NCBI RefSeq assembly: GCF_040938485.1
Contig: NW_027271277.1
Span: forward strand, 1-64,000
Direction: 5' to 3'
Length of the DNA: 64,000 nucleotides
DNA from: Diadema antillarum
Taxonomy: Eukaryota
A program made the position numbers and the translations under genes. Positions 23,541-36,307 of this stretch are shown here, piece by piece. The notes under the pieces were generated by a model, which worked only from the letters and a program-made list of their open reading frames with translations, ran no database searches and was not told the origin of the DNA. Numbering within the stretch: position 1 is the first letter of the stretch; each line of letters begins with the position of its first letter.

Positions 23541-24151
23541 TACCATTTTTATTTCTTCATTATATATATTTATATATATAAAGGTTCGGTTGATTCGTAT
23601 CATACCTCGTATAGCCCAGGGGCTAAATTGCGTACAACATTACAAATCCTATGTACAGACAAATTCAGACCTTCAGACAGTTAAGAATATAGCATTTACA
23701 CACGTATGATAAAAATGAGTGAGAAAATATCGTCATTACAATAGTATTATCAAACTAAAATAATCATCCTAAAATGTGCATATATAAACTAAAATATCCC
23801 CAAATATGCATATTTTAACTAAAATGCTTCATAGCCTACACTTCTGATTTTTTATTACTACTACTACTACTATAAACTTAAGTTGATGCATTTATTTCTG
23901 AAGTTACGAGCTCAAGTTCATTTTCGCATTAACGAATCTCATTCCAAACAAATCTATTTCATTTTTGGATTAACAAACCCACATTCCTTTTTCAAACCGA
24001 TAAACCTTTTTCTTGCATTAACAAACCTCATTTGTAACAATATGAATATCTGAAAAAAAAAAACACACCATCGAAACAAAAAGTTGTAACCAGATGTACA
24101 TGAAACGGAAATACATGGGTATGCAGAAAAAATTAATACAGAGAGAGAGTT

Positions 24152-24231
<80 letters not shown>

Positions 24232-24959
24232 TTACTACGTGGCAGGGGAGGGGGGCGGAGGGAAAATTCTATACCTGCACCCCTATTCTTTTCCTTTGAA
24301 TAAGGGTTACAAAGTGTACGTGAAATAGCATAGTATGAAAGTCGTTCGTGTGCTAGAGCGTCCCTCTCACCACGCTTGGACGCGTCTGGTATCTTGAAGC
24401 TACCGATACGGAGTTTGTTACACGGGATTTGTAGGTGGCGATCAATGGCACGGTGACTCCATTTTGTAGTACGTGTACACGGCCCACAGTGTGATGAGCG
24501 GAATCTTTGTTGTTCCTGTTAGCTATCGTTGTGACAGCATCACACAGAGAAGGCAAATATAAGGTATGTATAAGACAACAATTTCTTTATGTTTGCCCTG
24601 ACCAAAATCTCAATTTCTTATTATATCTGAAAGTCAGGAGAAACCAGTAATTGTTGAGTGTGTGTGTTTTTCTTTTTTTTATGTGTGTGTGTATTAGCAT
24701 TTGTAAGCTGGCCGCATGTTCATACAAGTTAAATGCGGACTTTCATCAAACATATTTGGATGCTTGCTAGATTCAGCAGTGACGCCACTGACGTTGTTTT
24801 ACTTGTTGCTGTCGTTCTTATTTCCAGCATTATCTCAACTCGTGATGAACGGCACCGTAAAAAATCTATATTTGTTGGAGTTTAAGTGGTGTAAATGCCA
24901 GATTTTGTCCTGAATGTTTATATGTGGAATTGAATGTTCTCATGTACCTGTATAGTAAA

Positions 24960-25017
<58 letters not shown>

Positions 25018-25665
25018 CGAATAAAAGAAAGTCTTTGTGATTTCTCACACCTTCAGACTGATCCAAGCAGGACAGTGGAGATGGGTATGATAACCTCGAT
25101 TATTAGTCTGAAATTTAGACTAGAATACAACAGAGCATTGTTTTCAGTATAATGTTATAAGATCAATAGCTGCACGTAGCTCCTTTGCACTTGTCTACGT
25201 GATCAGTATTAGTTATTGCATCATAAGTTGCAGGGGCGAGTAAAAATGATGTAAAGACCAGCCATAAGATGGTGCAGGACGCGGATGATGAGTACACGAC
25301 TATGCATACTGTATGTCCGTCTCTGTAAGAGACTGTCTTCGTAGGTTTGCGGTCCAGACTAGCACATGTGGTTTGTCTCAAATTGTATATCCCTATATGG
25401 AGATTTCAATATGATAATTATTTGGGAAACAACACAAAAACCGTCAGTAACGTATCAGAACTCATGAATCCAAAGCTCTAGTGTTAATAGGAGCTCAAGA
25501 ATTACTTCTCAGAAAGATCCTTTGATACAAGTCATAGGCCTAAGATACAGGCTGCGCCACTGATTTCCCTCAACAGTTGCTAAGGCTGTTATGTCTATAC
25601 GATATCTCTCACACACATAGACACAGCACACACACAAACACGCACACACACACACACAAACACTC

Positions 25666-25705
<40 letters not shown>

Positions 25706-26592
25706 ACAAACACACACAAAATATCCAAAACTAATTCACTGACAATTACTTCACACAAAATTCCCATTCTGAACCTACATTCAGGAATTCAAATTCTGTT
25801 TGGTTAGTTAACATTATTTTGTACAGTTTTATTTTTTGATCTTCTTTTTCTTTCTTATTTTATTTGAACAAAAATCGTCCGAATCATTTTTTCCTTTAAG
25901 TGTTGTGAAGACTATGAAAATAAAAACAGTGATTCATTTGAGGAATGTAATCTACGACTATGTATATGATTTCAGACATTTTTTTATAATTTCGAAAGCA
26001 GAGAGCATCTATTATTCTCTTTGGCGTCGTTGGGAGTATTTACTCCCATGGGAGTATTTACTCCCATGACATGTTGTAAAAAGTATCTCTAAAATGAACT
26101 AAGAAAATTGCACTTTGTCATCTGTGGCGAACAGTACAATGCAAGACATTAAAGAGGAATTTCACTCTAGTTTAGCTAACTGTAATGAACAGAGTAAAAC
26201 CGTTATCAAAAGAAAAATAGTACCGGCCGCACAGAAACGATGTAAGTTGGGGCTTACTTCGTTCCATCAGATGATCGCATTCGCGTCGGGTGGTCGCGTT
26301 TACAACACGACCTGTCGTAGATTACATATCCTAATATACGAAGGGTCGGGTGGTGCATTTGAGAGTCAGAGCCCTATTATTTACGAAGTATCGGGTCCAG
26401 CTTACCCGAATTTTGCGAAAAAATCCAGTGCAAATTTACGAATATTTGCGTGTTTTACGCGATAGTACTGCTATGCCTTTACTCTGAGAAAAAAATTCAC
26501 AAGCGTTCGTACACAAGCTAGCAGCACAGTAACTCATGGCACTGTTAGTTAGTTGATAAACATCACCACTGCTGTAAGCTTCTGTGCGGCGT

Positions 26593-27281
26593 TTAATCCT
26601 AAAAGGGCCGGGAGCGGAATCCGCCCCTCCCCCCCCCCCCCCCCCCCCGACGTTTCGCGCTAAAATCCTGTAACGCGAGAAGGCCTCGTCGCGAGGCTTC
26701 TTGACTTTGTTTGTTCAAGTCTCGCGCAACTTTTGAGACCAAATTTGCAACGTCCGCGCATATTTTTGCGAGGCCACGCCCATTTTTGTAACGGAATGTT
26801 GCCCCAAAACGGGCACAATTTTGTGATGTTGTGTACATTTCCTATGGAAAACAGTGCTCTGTCATGAAAGTCATAAAAACCTGATTATTTTTACAATTAA
26901 TCACTTTCATTGATTAATTTGTGCTAATTATGGTAGAAAAGTGGTCAGTGACAATTTCCACTAAAAAAACAAAGAAAAAAACAAAGAAAAAAGTTGAAAA
27001 ACAAAGAAATATATAAGAAATTCTGAAAACAATAAAATAGCCTGAAATACGATCTTGAGCTTAATTTGCGTAATCAATTAATTAAAATTAGAAATTGATT
27101 GTTTCAAAAAATCTTATGACACAATCTTGTAGATTATGACGTGGGTCTCACGCATGCAAAATTTCATCGCGATCGCACCACCAATGGCCGAGATCTCGGG
27201 GGGGGGGGGGGGGGGCGGAATCCACCCCCTCCCCACCCCCGTCTGAGCATAGCCAAAAAAGCCCGGTCCTTTTAGGGTTAA
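26593..27281. mobile_element. piggyBac-like non-autonomous element
   Basis: TTAA|TCCTAAAAGGGCCGGG ... CCCGGTCCTTTTAGGG|TTAA, with poly-C/poly-G tracts near both ends. Confidence 0.8.
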
Positions 27282-27761
27282 ATGGTGGGCTAACAGCGAT
27301 ATTAGTGGATTCGACTACTAGTAACAGATTTTGTGCAGCCAAAGCATTGTACTGTCAGTGCGCTGTTAGCGCTAACAACGTTTCTGTGCGGCCGGCACAG
27401 ATTAATAGCAGTTTAAAGGAAGGAAACAATATAATACATCAGGTGATAACGTCATAACATCTATCTTTGCATGTCGTCTTGGTCGTTGCCATTGTTATTT
27501 CAGTTACATTTTGTCCAAACAAGGAGAAGAACTTAATACTCAACTGTTGACTGTTTTATCATCAAATTTTGTTACAATTTATCAAAACGTCCTTCCATAT
27601 TTTTAACCTATAAGCTTCCTCTACATACAAGTCAGGCTGAGATGGAGAGGAGTTTATCTTTCGTTATCTTTATTTGAAATTGTTCTCATCCGCCTTACTT
27701 CGCTGTTCCTCTTTCAGGACTGAGGACTACTTCATCGTCATCTACACAGAGGCCAAGGGGA

Positions 27762-27803
27762 ATGCATGAACGGGACAATATGCCACGCTGCAGAAGGTTG
27801 CTG
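27762..27803 (+). CDS. Predicted first coding exon of fucosyltransferase paralogue C (MHERDNMPRCRRLL; start could be 27780)
   Basis: Acceptor CTCTTTCAG| at 27717, in-frame ATGs, phase-0 donor CTG|GTACGC. Homologous to the CKRLL exon of paralogue B. Confidence 0.7.
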
Positions 27804-28015
27804 GTACGCTTATTCATGTTTTTGAACGATTTAATTACCTTTGAAATCGAAGTTATATTGATGACTACTGACCTTACATGACTGAATCTGTCATAACACA
27901 AGCATGGTAATTTCTGTGACTTCCTAAATCGTTTACAGGGTGATAGTTTGGCATTGACAGCCAACATCATATGACAGAAAATTCACATGGCATGTGTCGT
28001 TCTGGAACTCTAGAT

Positions 28016-28596
28016 TTAAAAAAGGAAGTCCAGTCCAAATTTAAGTTCTTCTGATTAAAAAAAAAAAAGAGTAAAATCGTACGAATTCAACGGTAAAAAT
28101 TTAACTGAAATCGGAGGGAAAATAAGGAAGTTATGACATTTTTAACTTTTACTAATTTCTGCAAAACAGTTCTTGCACAGTGGATATGAATTAGCAAATG
28201 AGTGAGCTATGTGACCATGTCATAACCTCACAATTTTCCATTGATCGTGTACAAACAAAAAATGACGTAAGTTTGATGTTTCTGACATTGAAGTCTGAAA
28301 CATGATGTTAATTTTGGTTGAATAACTTAATCATGGTCAGTTGGATATAATATGAGGATTTGAGCCATAATCGCGTTTGAATGAAAAACGGGAAATTTCC
28401 GCACAATTTTATGTACTTTAACAAACTATATGGCAGGTTAAATTGTGAGAGGATGACGACATACTCACTTTGCCGTTTGCATTTTCATATTGACCGTTCA
28501 AGAACTGTTTCCCGAAAAAAAAAATAATGTTGAAATCGTAATAATTTAATCTTTCTTATCAGGCATACTTATATTGGGTCTGGATTTTCCGTTTAA
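28016..28596. mobile_element. Kolobok-like element in the intron of paralogue C
   Basis: TTAAAAAAGGAAGTCCAGTCCAA ... TTGGGTCTGGATTTTCCGTTTAA, imperfect TIRs with TTAA at both ends. Confidence 0.65.
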
Positions 28597-28941
28597 GCAG
28601 CTCGTACAGAGCTATAACAAGGCATATCCGCACACAATATTGAATAGCGCCTTCTGGTTACCTAATTTGCATGTTCTATTGAACATTCTTCATATGCAAG
28701 TGTATCCTACAAATACTCACTGAGTCAATATAATTGATCATAACTTTGTCGTTTTTATATATATCTTCCTTTTATGTCAAGCATAATTAGAATATGCCAG
28801 ACAATATAAAAGTAACATTGTCAATGTTTGCAGACCTCTTGTCTTTGACCTAGCAAACTTAGAGTTTTTATTGGTTTAAAGTGGATAACAGATTGCATGA
28901 CTAAGGCAAATGATGAATATTATTTCTCTCTTGATTTGCAG

Positions 28942-30231
28942 TGTCGCCGTTTCTCCGCGACCTACGCTCTTGTTGCGTTCATAGTCTCTATCACAGTCTG
29001 CTTTGTACTCCTGCAACACGGCATAACCCCGTACTCGGTGAAGCAGACCTACTCGTTCGGTGGAACCTTCCTCAGAAACCACCAGGATCTTGATGAGATC
29101 GATGACCTTAGTCTTGGGTTGCCTAATCGCAACGGGGAACGGACTGGAGAGACCAAGCGAATCTACATCCACAGCAAACTAGAGGCCATCCTGACATGGC
29201 GCGAGCTGGAGAATCTCGTAGATTGTGTCCGGGTGGACGGAAGCAAGACCGAAGCCAAACCTTGCCCTGTCCAGTGTCCGAGCGGGGACCGACTGGAAAT
29301 CACTATGGACAGCGACCTGGACAAAGCCAGAGATAAGGACGCTGTGATAGTCGGTTTGTCGCCCTACACTATGAATCGCCCTCTGGAGGCCGTTGTAAAC
29401 TATGAACCGCCACCAGGACAGCTTGTGGTCTTTTACAGTATGGAGAACGTAATGCGAATGCATCACTGGCAAAGCAGGCTAGGGAAGTTCAAGTTTCACA
29501 TAGACCTGACATATGGTTATTATTCTAATATCACGGTGCCGTACGGTTACTACCAGCCAGTCACTGGAAAAGTGCCCGACATCAAACCTAAAAACAGACT
29601 GGCAGGTAAAACCAAACTCATTGCATGGATGGCTAGTAATTGTAAGGAGACTTTCTGGCCAAGGAACGAGTTTGTTGCCGAACTGCAGCGGCACATTGAC
29701 GTCGACACTTACGGTCGTTGCGGGCAGCTACAATGCCAACCGCGCCTTTCTCTTGACTGCAGTGAGATGCTTTCAAGTTATAAATTCTATCTGGCACTGG
29801 AGAACTCGGAATGTAACGACTACCTGTCGGAGAAGATTTGGAATTCGTCCCTTGAAAATGACGTCATTCCCGTTGTCTATGGGCCAAGCAAAGCTGACTA
29901 CGAAAAGCTCGCACCCCCGAATTCGTTCATTCACATCAGCGACTTCGATACTGTGGAAGAACTCGCGAAGTACATTAAGCGCGTTGCAGAAGACGAGAAA
30001 CTGTACAATAGTTATTTCTATTGGAGGGAACAAGGCAAGGTTGTCCAGGTGTATCCGAGGCTGCAACTAAATTACTTCTGCAAACTGCTACCGTACATGA
30101 AAAATGTCCCAAACACTATGATTAAACTGGAAGATTCTGGTTGGTACAATTCATGCAGAAACAAACTCCAGCATGGTATTCCAATAAACCTCACCACACT
30201 GCACCAGTTTGACAACTGGAAACCTTGGTAG
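28942..30231 (+). CDS. GT10 alpha-1,3/4-fucosyltransferase paralogue C, main coding exon
   Basis: Acceptor TTGATTTGCAG| then CRRFSAT. It has a TM helix, FYSMEN, AWMASNC..R, YKFYLALENSECNDYLSEKIW, IPVVYG, PPNSFIHISDF and YFYWR, and is strongly similar to paralogue B. Confidence 0.95.
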   Translation, partial: CRRFSATYALVAFIVSITVCFVLLQHGITPYSVKQTYSFGGTFLRNHQDLDEIDDLSLGLPNRNGERTGETKRIYIHSKLEAILTWRELENLVDCVRVDGSKTEAKPCPVQCPSGDRLEITMDSDLDKARDKDAVIVGLSPYTMNRPLEAVVNYEPPPGQLVVFYSMENVMRMHHWQSRLGKFKFHIDLTYGYYSNITVPYGYYQPVTGKVPDIKPKNRLAGKTKLIAWMASNCKETFWPRNEFVAELQRHIDVDTYGRCGQLQCQPRLSLDCSEMLSSYKFYLALENSECNDYLSEKIWNSSLENDVIPVVYGPSKADYEKLAPPNSFIHISDFDTVEELAKYIKRVAEDEKLYNSYFYWREQGKVVQVYPRLQLNYFCKLLPYMKNVPNTMIKLEDSGWYNSCRNKLQHGIPINLTTLHQFDNWKPW

Positions 30232-30589
30232 GAGGGCGTCACATACACACTTTACACCACCAACAGATGTCAATCACCACTTTTCTGGGGGTCTACATGC
30301 ATCTTAGATGACGCTTAGGAACACAATAACCCCTTACATCCCACCGACCTGTACATGACACCAAGTCGTGAAAACCAATTGTTTCTTATATTCGTTCTTA
30401 AATTATGAGTGGATTGGGACTATCTGGTCTTTCACTGTTAATGAAATCTAAAATCAGCCTGCATTTGTTGTTGCTTGGTCCAGCCAACATCAGGAAAACC
30501 ACAAACAAGTTCATTTTTCATTACAGATAAAAAAGAAGTGTGTGTGAAGTATTAACACCGTCGTAGACTTGGAACTCAAAAATAATCTG

Positions 30590-30840
30590 CACTCTTAAAA
30601 AAAATCCGTGTCAGAACTGACCCGGAACGGGGTCCGTTGGGGTCACACCCCCTTCCGGGTCGAAAATGACTTGGAATTAATTTGGTCATGAAGACCAGCA
30701 AATGGGGTCACCCTGGCCCAATTCATGACTCTGATTGGGGTCATTATCTGACCCAATTCCTTGTCATTTCTGACCCGGAACGGGGTGTGACCCAAATGGA
30801 CCCTTTCCGGGTCAGTTCTGACTCGGATGTTTTAAGAGTG
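30590..30840. mobile_element. EnSpm/CACTA-like MITE (CACTC termini)
   Basis: TIR CACTCTTAAAA..ATCCG(T/A)GTCAGAACTGACCCGGAA mirrored at the right end; subterminal GGGTCA/TGACCC repeats. TSD not clean. Confidence 0.75.
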
Positions 30841-31057
30841 ATGATTGTTGTTCATAAGAGATACTGTGGAGCCGAAAAGCTTTTGCCTTAGACTTTACAA
30901 TCTACCAGATATACAGGCATGTAAGTCCATTTCTTGCTTGCTCTCTGGTATACTGTAAGTTGACTGCTTCAAGGAAATGAAGGTTAGCTATCACACACAG
31001 GTGTGAGTTAGAGGGAGGGTCTTGGTGAGGTAAAATGTTCTTAAGGAAGCGAGTCCA

Positions 31058-31216
31058 GGGCCCCATTTCATAAAAGACGTTAGGATGGCAACTCTTGCTG
31101 GAATGGCAACTTCCAATGGCAACAGCCAATCAGGAAGCTGGATTCTTGTCGTTACCATGACAATTGCCATTCCAGCAAGAGTTGCTATCATATCAACTTT
31201 TGATGAAATGGGGCCC
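31058..31216. mobile_element. Palindromic MITE, PIF/Harbinger-like
   Basis: TIR GGGCCCCATTTCAT / ATGAAATGGGGCCC, inverted GCAACTCTTGCTGGAATGGCAA arms, central AGCCAATCAG. Confidence 0.8.
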
Positions 31217-33044
31217 TGGTGACTGCATACAAGGGAGCATATGGATACATTAAGAACTAGCTCATCGAATACATTTCTCAATTTCAGGAGTTGATCATTT
31301 AATCCTGTCTTTGCATTAGATTTTCTATACCAATGTTATTTATTCAATATCTGCAGCTGGAATTTCTACAAATTCAGACAGGTTTTAGTTTTGGGGATGG
31401 TATTCGATAAGTGGGATGCACTTTACTACTTCCCGCTGTGATTTAGATTGTATAGAGTTATTTGTGACCCTACAAAAACAACACAAATTGACAAAATTTA
31501 GATTCTAAAATAATACGTTCTCATATCTGAACTGATATGGGACTCATAAAGGGTGGATAGGTTAGACCCACCTGCATGCGAGCCGGAAAGTAAACATGTA
31601 AGAATCCTGCCACCAATACCTTTCAAGAAAGAGACTTGAAACTTAAGGGTCTTTCTAAGTGATGTTTCATTGTGTGACGAAAATGATTTAAAGTCCATGG
31701 CCACTACCGTGAAGGAATTATTAGATTATTAAAACCAAACACTTTGTGTATTTATTAATAACATTCTATTTATACGAGTATATCAAAGTATCAAAGCTAC
31801 TACTGACTCTTTTGTTAGATATCTGAAAGGTTCCATGTAGATTTTCACAAATTTAATCTCACGTGGGGAAAATTCAGAAAAGAAAACAAGACTTGGGAAA
31901 AAATGATCATTTTTTTTTTTATGTTGAAAATTTTAATCACGGCCTATGTCGAATGGAATGCTGATAAAATGAAAAAGGGTAACTTTGTCAGACATGTCAA
32001 AAGAACCCGAATGAAAACATTGAATCAGCCGAGTTAACTCACAATGTAATTAATTCTCGAGTACCTGGTAAATCAATTCTTGCGGCTTCATCTCTTTTAT
32101 AATGCATTGTAACACTTAAATGTTACTTGGGCTTTAGGCATGGCCAAAATCATACGATTCCGTGGGAAAGTGTTGATTATGCATAAAAAACTGAATTTGC
32201 CCTTGAGCTTCTCTGTTGTCAAAGAATCTCGAGTTTTTACTATAATCTGAATAAGATGTTTGAGTACTTACCTATACTTCAGATATTATATTGGCCTTTT
32301 GTTTTCGTTGCTATAGGTTTATGCGAGTATTTCTTTCAGTTTGTAGCTACTAATGCTGATATCAATCTTAAAGGAGGTGAGAGAGGATATTCGGGCTTTA
32401 GAAGGGAAGAAATGTGGGTTTTTACGGAAAAGGTGAAATGATTTATGTAAAGCTTGGGATGAAGGTTGATAGATTCGTGGTTACAATATGCATAAATATA
32501 TCTATAAAATGAATTGATTCAAAGGTAGACAGATCTGAAGGAATATAGGTTCCTAGGAAAGTAGTTATTGACATTTAAGGTTTTGCATATTGTTCCCAGT
32601 GAGTTGACGTAAATGTAATTCTTTTTTTATTCTTCAGCAGATTTAATACCGGAATAATAGAAATTGTTATGTAGCTCTCATCGCAGATTAGTCTTGGCAT
32701 GCGTTTGATAAAATAAGAAGAATACAAATTGTATATAACTGAAAGTTTCGTCCGCAAGATCTATGATTGTTTGTCATCACCCTGTACTCTTCAAGCACGT
32801 GTTGTATGAAATTGAGAATAAGTTCTTAATATGTCAAACGATTGTATTCATTGCAATTTTATATATTCGACAATAAATTCATTTTGTCAGATGTTTACTG
32901 TTTATAATGTTATCCATACTTTTCGTAAATATGCTTACAACGCTAGATTTAGCTTCTTTGGTGAATTGTGGTGAATTATCGGAGTTAGCTGAGTACGTTA
33001 AAGGTATTGTTTACCAGTGGGAGTAATGATTTAAAAAAATGTTC

Positions 33045-33863
33045 GAGTTATCACATTTTGATGCATATGTGTAGGTCAGTTGTACAGAAAGCATCCTACC
33101 ATATAAAAACAAGAATCGTAAAAAAGCCTAAAATATAAAGAGGTTTCACAATTTTTCTCACTAATCTACAGCATAGACGGTTTAGTCTACAAACAATTTT
33201 ATCGTGACTATTGTTCTTATTTTGCATATTCAACAATAACGATTGTAATGATTAAAAGTTTTACATGGGGTGCTTCTATACCTAACTCACATTTAAGAAC
33301 TATTTTGAAGCACTAAAGCTGGGTTTTTGCTTCATCTGCAAATGGTAGATAATGCCTTTTATGACATTATTGTCATTCAGAATTCTTTGAATAATCTGGA
33401 TTTTTTTCCCGAGTAATCGGTTTAAGATACGAAAGGGAAAAACGTACGAGAACTAATTGATACACTCAACGGTACCCTAAATATTAGCTGACTTCACTGT
33501 GGAACTGCGTTGTACAATTTCCCTCTGATGGATAGACTAAAAACAAACAGAATGATGGAAGATTCATTACAAGTTGAGAAAATTAAGAATGTTGTCGAGT
33601 ATCATCACCTGTCACTCAAAGATTTCCATCTTTCTCTTTTTGAAGTTTAGTGTTTATTTTCAGACCTAATTTTTATCATAAGCAAACCTTAGCAACCTTG
33701 GCAGCATCATTGTAATACAATAGATCCATGGTAGCATGGGGCGGAATCGGGAAGGGGAAAAGTTGTTGAAGGTCTTGTTTACCTTTGGGAGCAGTGATCT
33801 AAAAAATGTTCAGGATATCACATTTGATGCATTATATGTTTAGGTTTGTTGTATCACAAAACA

Positions 33864-33917
<54 letters not shown>

Positions 33918-34014
33918 TTCACAACAGTAGGTCAATATAAACTCCGTTGAAGACGTAAATTTGACGAATTTTCGCCCATAGGGCTTTGTCAAGTCAATAC
34001 ATTTGACACATATA

Positions 34015-34047
<33 letters not shown>

Positions 34048-34305
34048 GCAATGAAGCCTAAAATATAATGAGATACACTGTATCACTGTTTTTCTCATTC
34101 AACCATAACTGAAAACTGTTTAGTCTGTAAGCATTTTTGTTTTAACTATTGTTCACTTTTTGTGAATTTAACAATACTTAACATTGATTATACTGGTTCA
34201 AATTTCTACATTGGTTGTTTATATCCCTAACTCACATTCTAGAACTATTTTGAAGCACTAATGCTGGAGTTTGTTTCATCTGCAAATGGTAAATTATGCG
34301 TTTAA
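33045..34305. repeat. Two tandem truncated copies of a Kolobok-like repeat (33045-33360 and 33815-34305, the latter interrupted by (TA)n)
   Basis: Both share TATCACATTTGATGCAT, AGCCTAAAATATAA and CTAACTCACAT..AGAACTATTTTGAAGCACTA..TTCATCTGCAAATGGTA; a third, inverted copy lies at ~41998-42200. Confidence 0.65.
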
Positions 34306-34397
34306 ATAGTGTCCTCTTTGCAGATTTCCATTCAACACTAAGCTCACGCAATGAGACCACCCCTCTAAATTGTAGAAATTGCTCTGGCGATGCGTCG

Positions 34398-34511
34398 CAT
34401 CTCTGTACGTGTTGTTCATTGTTGTTGTTTTGGACATCTCTGTACGTGTTGTTCATTGTTGTTGTTTTGGACATCTCTGTACGTGTCGTTCATTGTTGTT
34501 GTTTTGGACAT
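34398..34511. repeat. 37-bp minisatellite x3
   Basis: CATCTCTGTACGTGTTGTTCATTGTTGTTGTTTTGGA repeated at 34398, 34435 and 34472. Confidence 0.9.
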
Positions 34512-34618
34512 TTTTGACGAAATAACGTTAAATGTGCGTTGCGACGACTTGGTACACATTCATATTTATTGTGATATGATATTGTATAGTCTTTCTCAAC
34601 ATTTTACCTGCACTATAT

Positions 34619-34778
34619 NNNNNNNNNNNNNNNNNNNNNNNNNNNNNNNNNNNNNNNNNNNNNNNNNNNNNNNNNNNNNNNNNNNNNNNNNNNNNNNNNN
34701 NNNNNNNNNNNNNNNNNNNNNNNNNNNNNNNNNNNNNNNNNNNNNNNNNNNNNNNNNNNNNNNNNNNNNNNNNNNNNN
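34619..34778. other. Assembly gap (160 N)
   Basis: Run of N preceded by TATAT. Confidence 0.99.
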
Positions 34779-36091
34779 TGCCATTCTCTTAGCTCCCTCT
34801 CCCTTCCTTTTACATCATCCACCCCCCTCTCTATCTCTCTTTATACATTTATATGTTTTTATGCCCCGATATACCCTTCTTCAGTATCAAATGGGACGAT
34901 TACTTTGGAATTTTATGCAGTTTAATCGTGATTTGTCACACACCATTAAGACAAACAGGCACTATCTTGACTAGTATAGTAATCATTTGTTCTGTACATT
35001 TGAAGCTGTCTCAGGTTCAGGTCGTACTCTTCATATGACTAGGTGTTTAAAGTGTTTACATTGTTGAGTGTCAATTTCAGATGACGTGAAATATGCCGAG
35101 ACCTCGTGTGAAGCACACCTATATAATGTTACTGTCTTTTCTTGGACAAAATTGTACGATCAATATAATGCCTGTGTATCGCCACATGAGTTACTTGTAT
35201 GTTGCTAATAAAGCCACCTGCTGTAGAGAAAATTCGAATACTATGAGCAAGAGAAAAAAATCAGAGAAAATATCATAGATCAGGATTTGATTAATACTTA
35301 CAGCTTGATGACACTAAGACAAGCGAATTAAAGATGAAAATAAAGTCATGATCACTCCACACCTTTGTGAAACACGAACATCAAGCAATGAAACAGTTCG
35401 ATACAACTAAGTTCAGGTATGTTTTATTTCGAGCAAGGCAATTTTCGTTGGTGTAACAGGGTCTGAGTTCGGACGCAGCGGGCTGAGAGACAATGATAAG
35501 CTGTGCGAGCTGATGGACAGAGAAATATGCCTATGGAGTATGCTTTTATCTCAGAGTTTTGTCAGTGTGTGGTGCACAGTAATTGATACCGATAACTATC
35601 AAGGTGAGAAAAAGAAATATTCTTTCGGGTCTAACGGACATTCTATCTGTCTTTTGACGTTCACGTCTACCTCAAGCATAATTATCGTGTCACTGCTTTG
35701 GGAAAAACAGAAGACAATCCACTGCTTTGTGGATGGGAATGCAGCTGTGTTTAATCTTGGAAAGTGGCGAAAGACTGAGCATGCTGAAAAATCAAGGTAT
35801 TTGTGAACTTGGTTAGGATTGATTCTGCAATCACATGAGTGGATTAAGTTTTGGATTATTTCGCCCTCAGACGAATACTCACATTTTAATCCTCCGATAT
35901 CGCAACTCGCTAAACGAACACTAAAGAAAGAGATATTTCATACATTACAGGCGATGTACGGTCTTAACTAGAGATAGCAAGAGAGGGTGGTATTGCTAAA
36001 GTGTAATTAGGGTGAAAAAAAAAAGTTGAACTAGCCCTGAAAGGCCGGTAAGGGTAGGTTGAGTTGGAGAGCCATTACTCTGCTGGCCACG

Positions 36092-36307
36092 TTACGCCTT
36101 GTTGAAGAACCGTTTTGATGTCACGCCCTCCCAATCGTAGGTGATCACCATCTGTCCCCCGACGATCTCCCTCGTGGCCCCGTTGACTCCCTTAGGTCCG
36201 GTCAGTCGAAGCTTGGCCCCGTCCCACGATGGCGTCACCGAGATCTCCTTGCCTCGCAGCTCCAAGATATCGGCGTCAACGAAGGGTTTGCCGATCGTAA
36301 AAGTGAC
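36092..36307 (-). CDS. FABP: Fatty acid-binding protein, last coding exon (VTFTIGKPFVDADILELRGKEISVTPSWDGAKLRLTGPKGVNGATREIVGGQMVITYDWEGVTSKRFFNKA*)
   Basis: Acceptor GTCGCCAG|GTC, 71 codons to TAA, with iLBP hallmarks FTIGKPF, WDG, TREIVGGQM and KRFF. Absent from the ORF track. Confidence 0.9.
   Translation of the reverse strand, partial: VTFTIGKPFVDADILELRGKEISVTPSWDGAKLRLTGPKGVNGATREIVGGQMVITYDWEGVTSKRFFNKA

Noticed and set aside
23276-23684. ORFs spanning the N gap (also 34390-34974)
   Set aside because: They are open only because N runs hide stop codons.
24494-24563. Candidate coding exon for paralogue C ending AAG|GTATGT
   Set aside because: The ATG frame hits TAA and the phase-0 frame has no ATG; it could only be a UTR exon, which I cannot verify.
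26030-26070. Two tandem GGGAGT-AT(T)T-ACTCCC hairpins
   Set aside because: Short local duplication with no supporting context; not enough to call a terminator or RNA element.
28897-28941. ORF-track N-terminus MTKANDEYYFSLDLQ for paralogue C
   Set aside because: It overlaps a polypyrimidine tract and AG acceptor equivalent to that of paralogue B, and a homologous upstream exon exists, so it is likely intronic.
29179-30070. Antisense and alternate-frame ORFs overlapping paralogue C (similar ones overlap A and B)
   Set aside because: Shadow ORFs of a GC-richer coding exon with no domain features.
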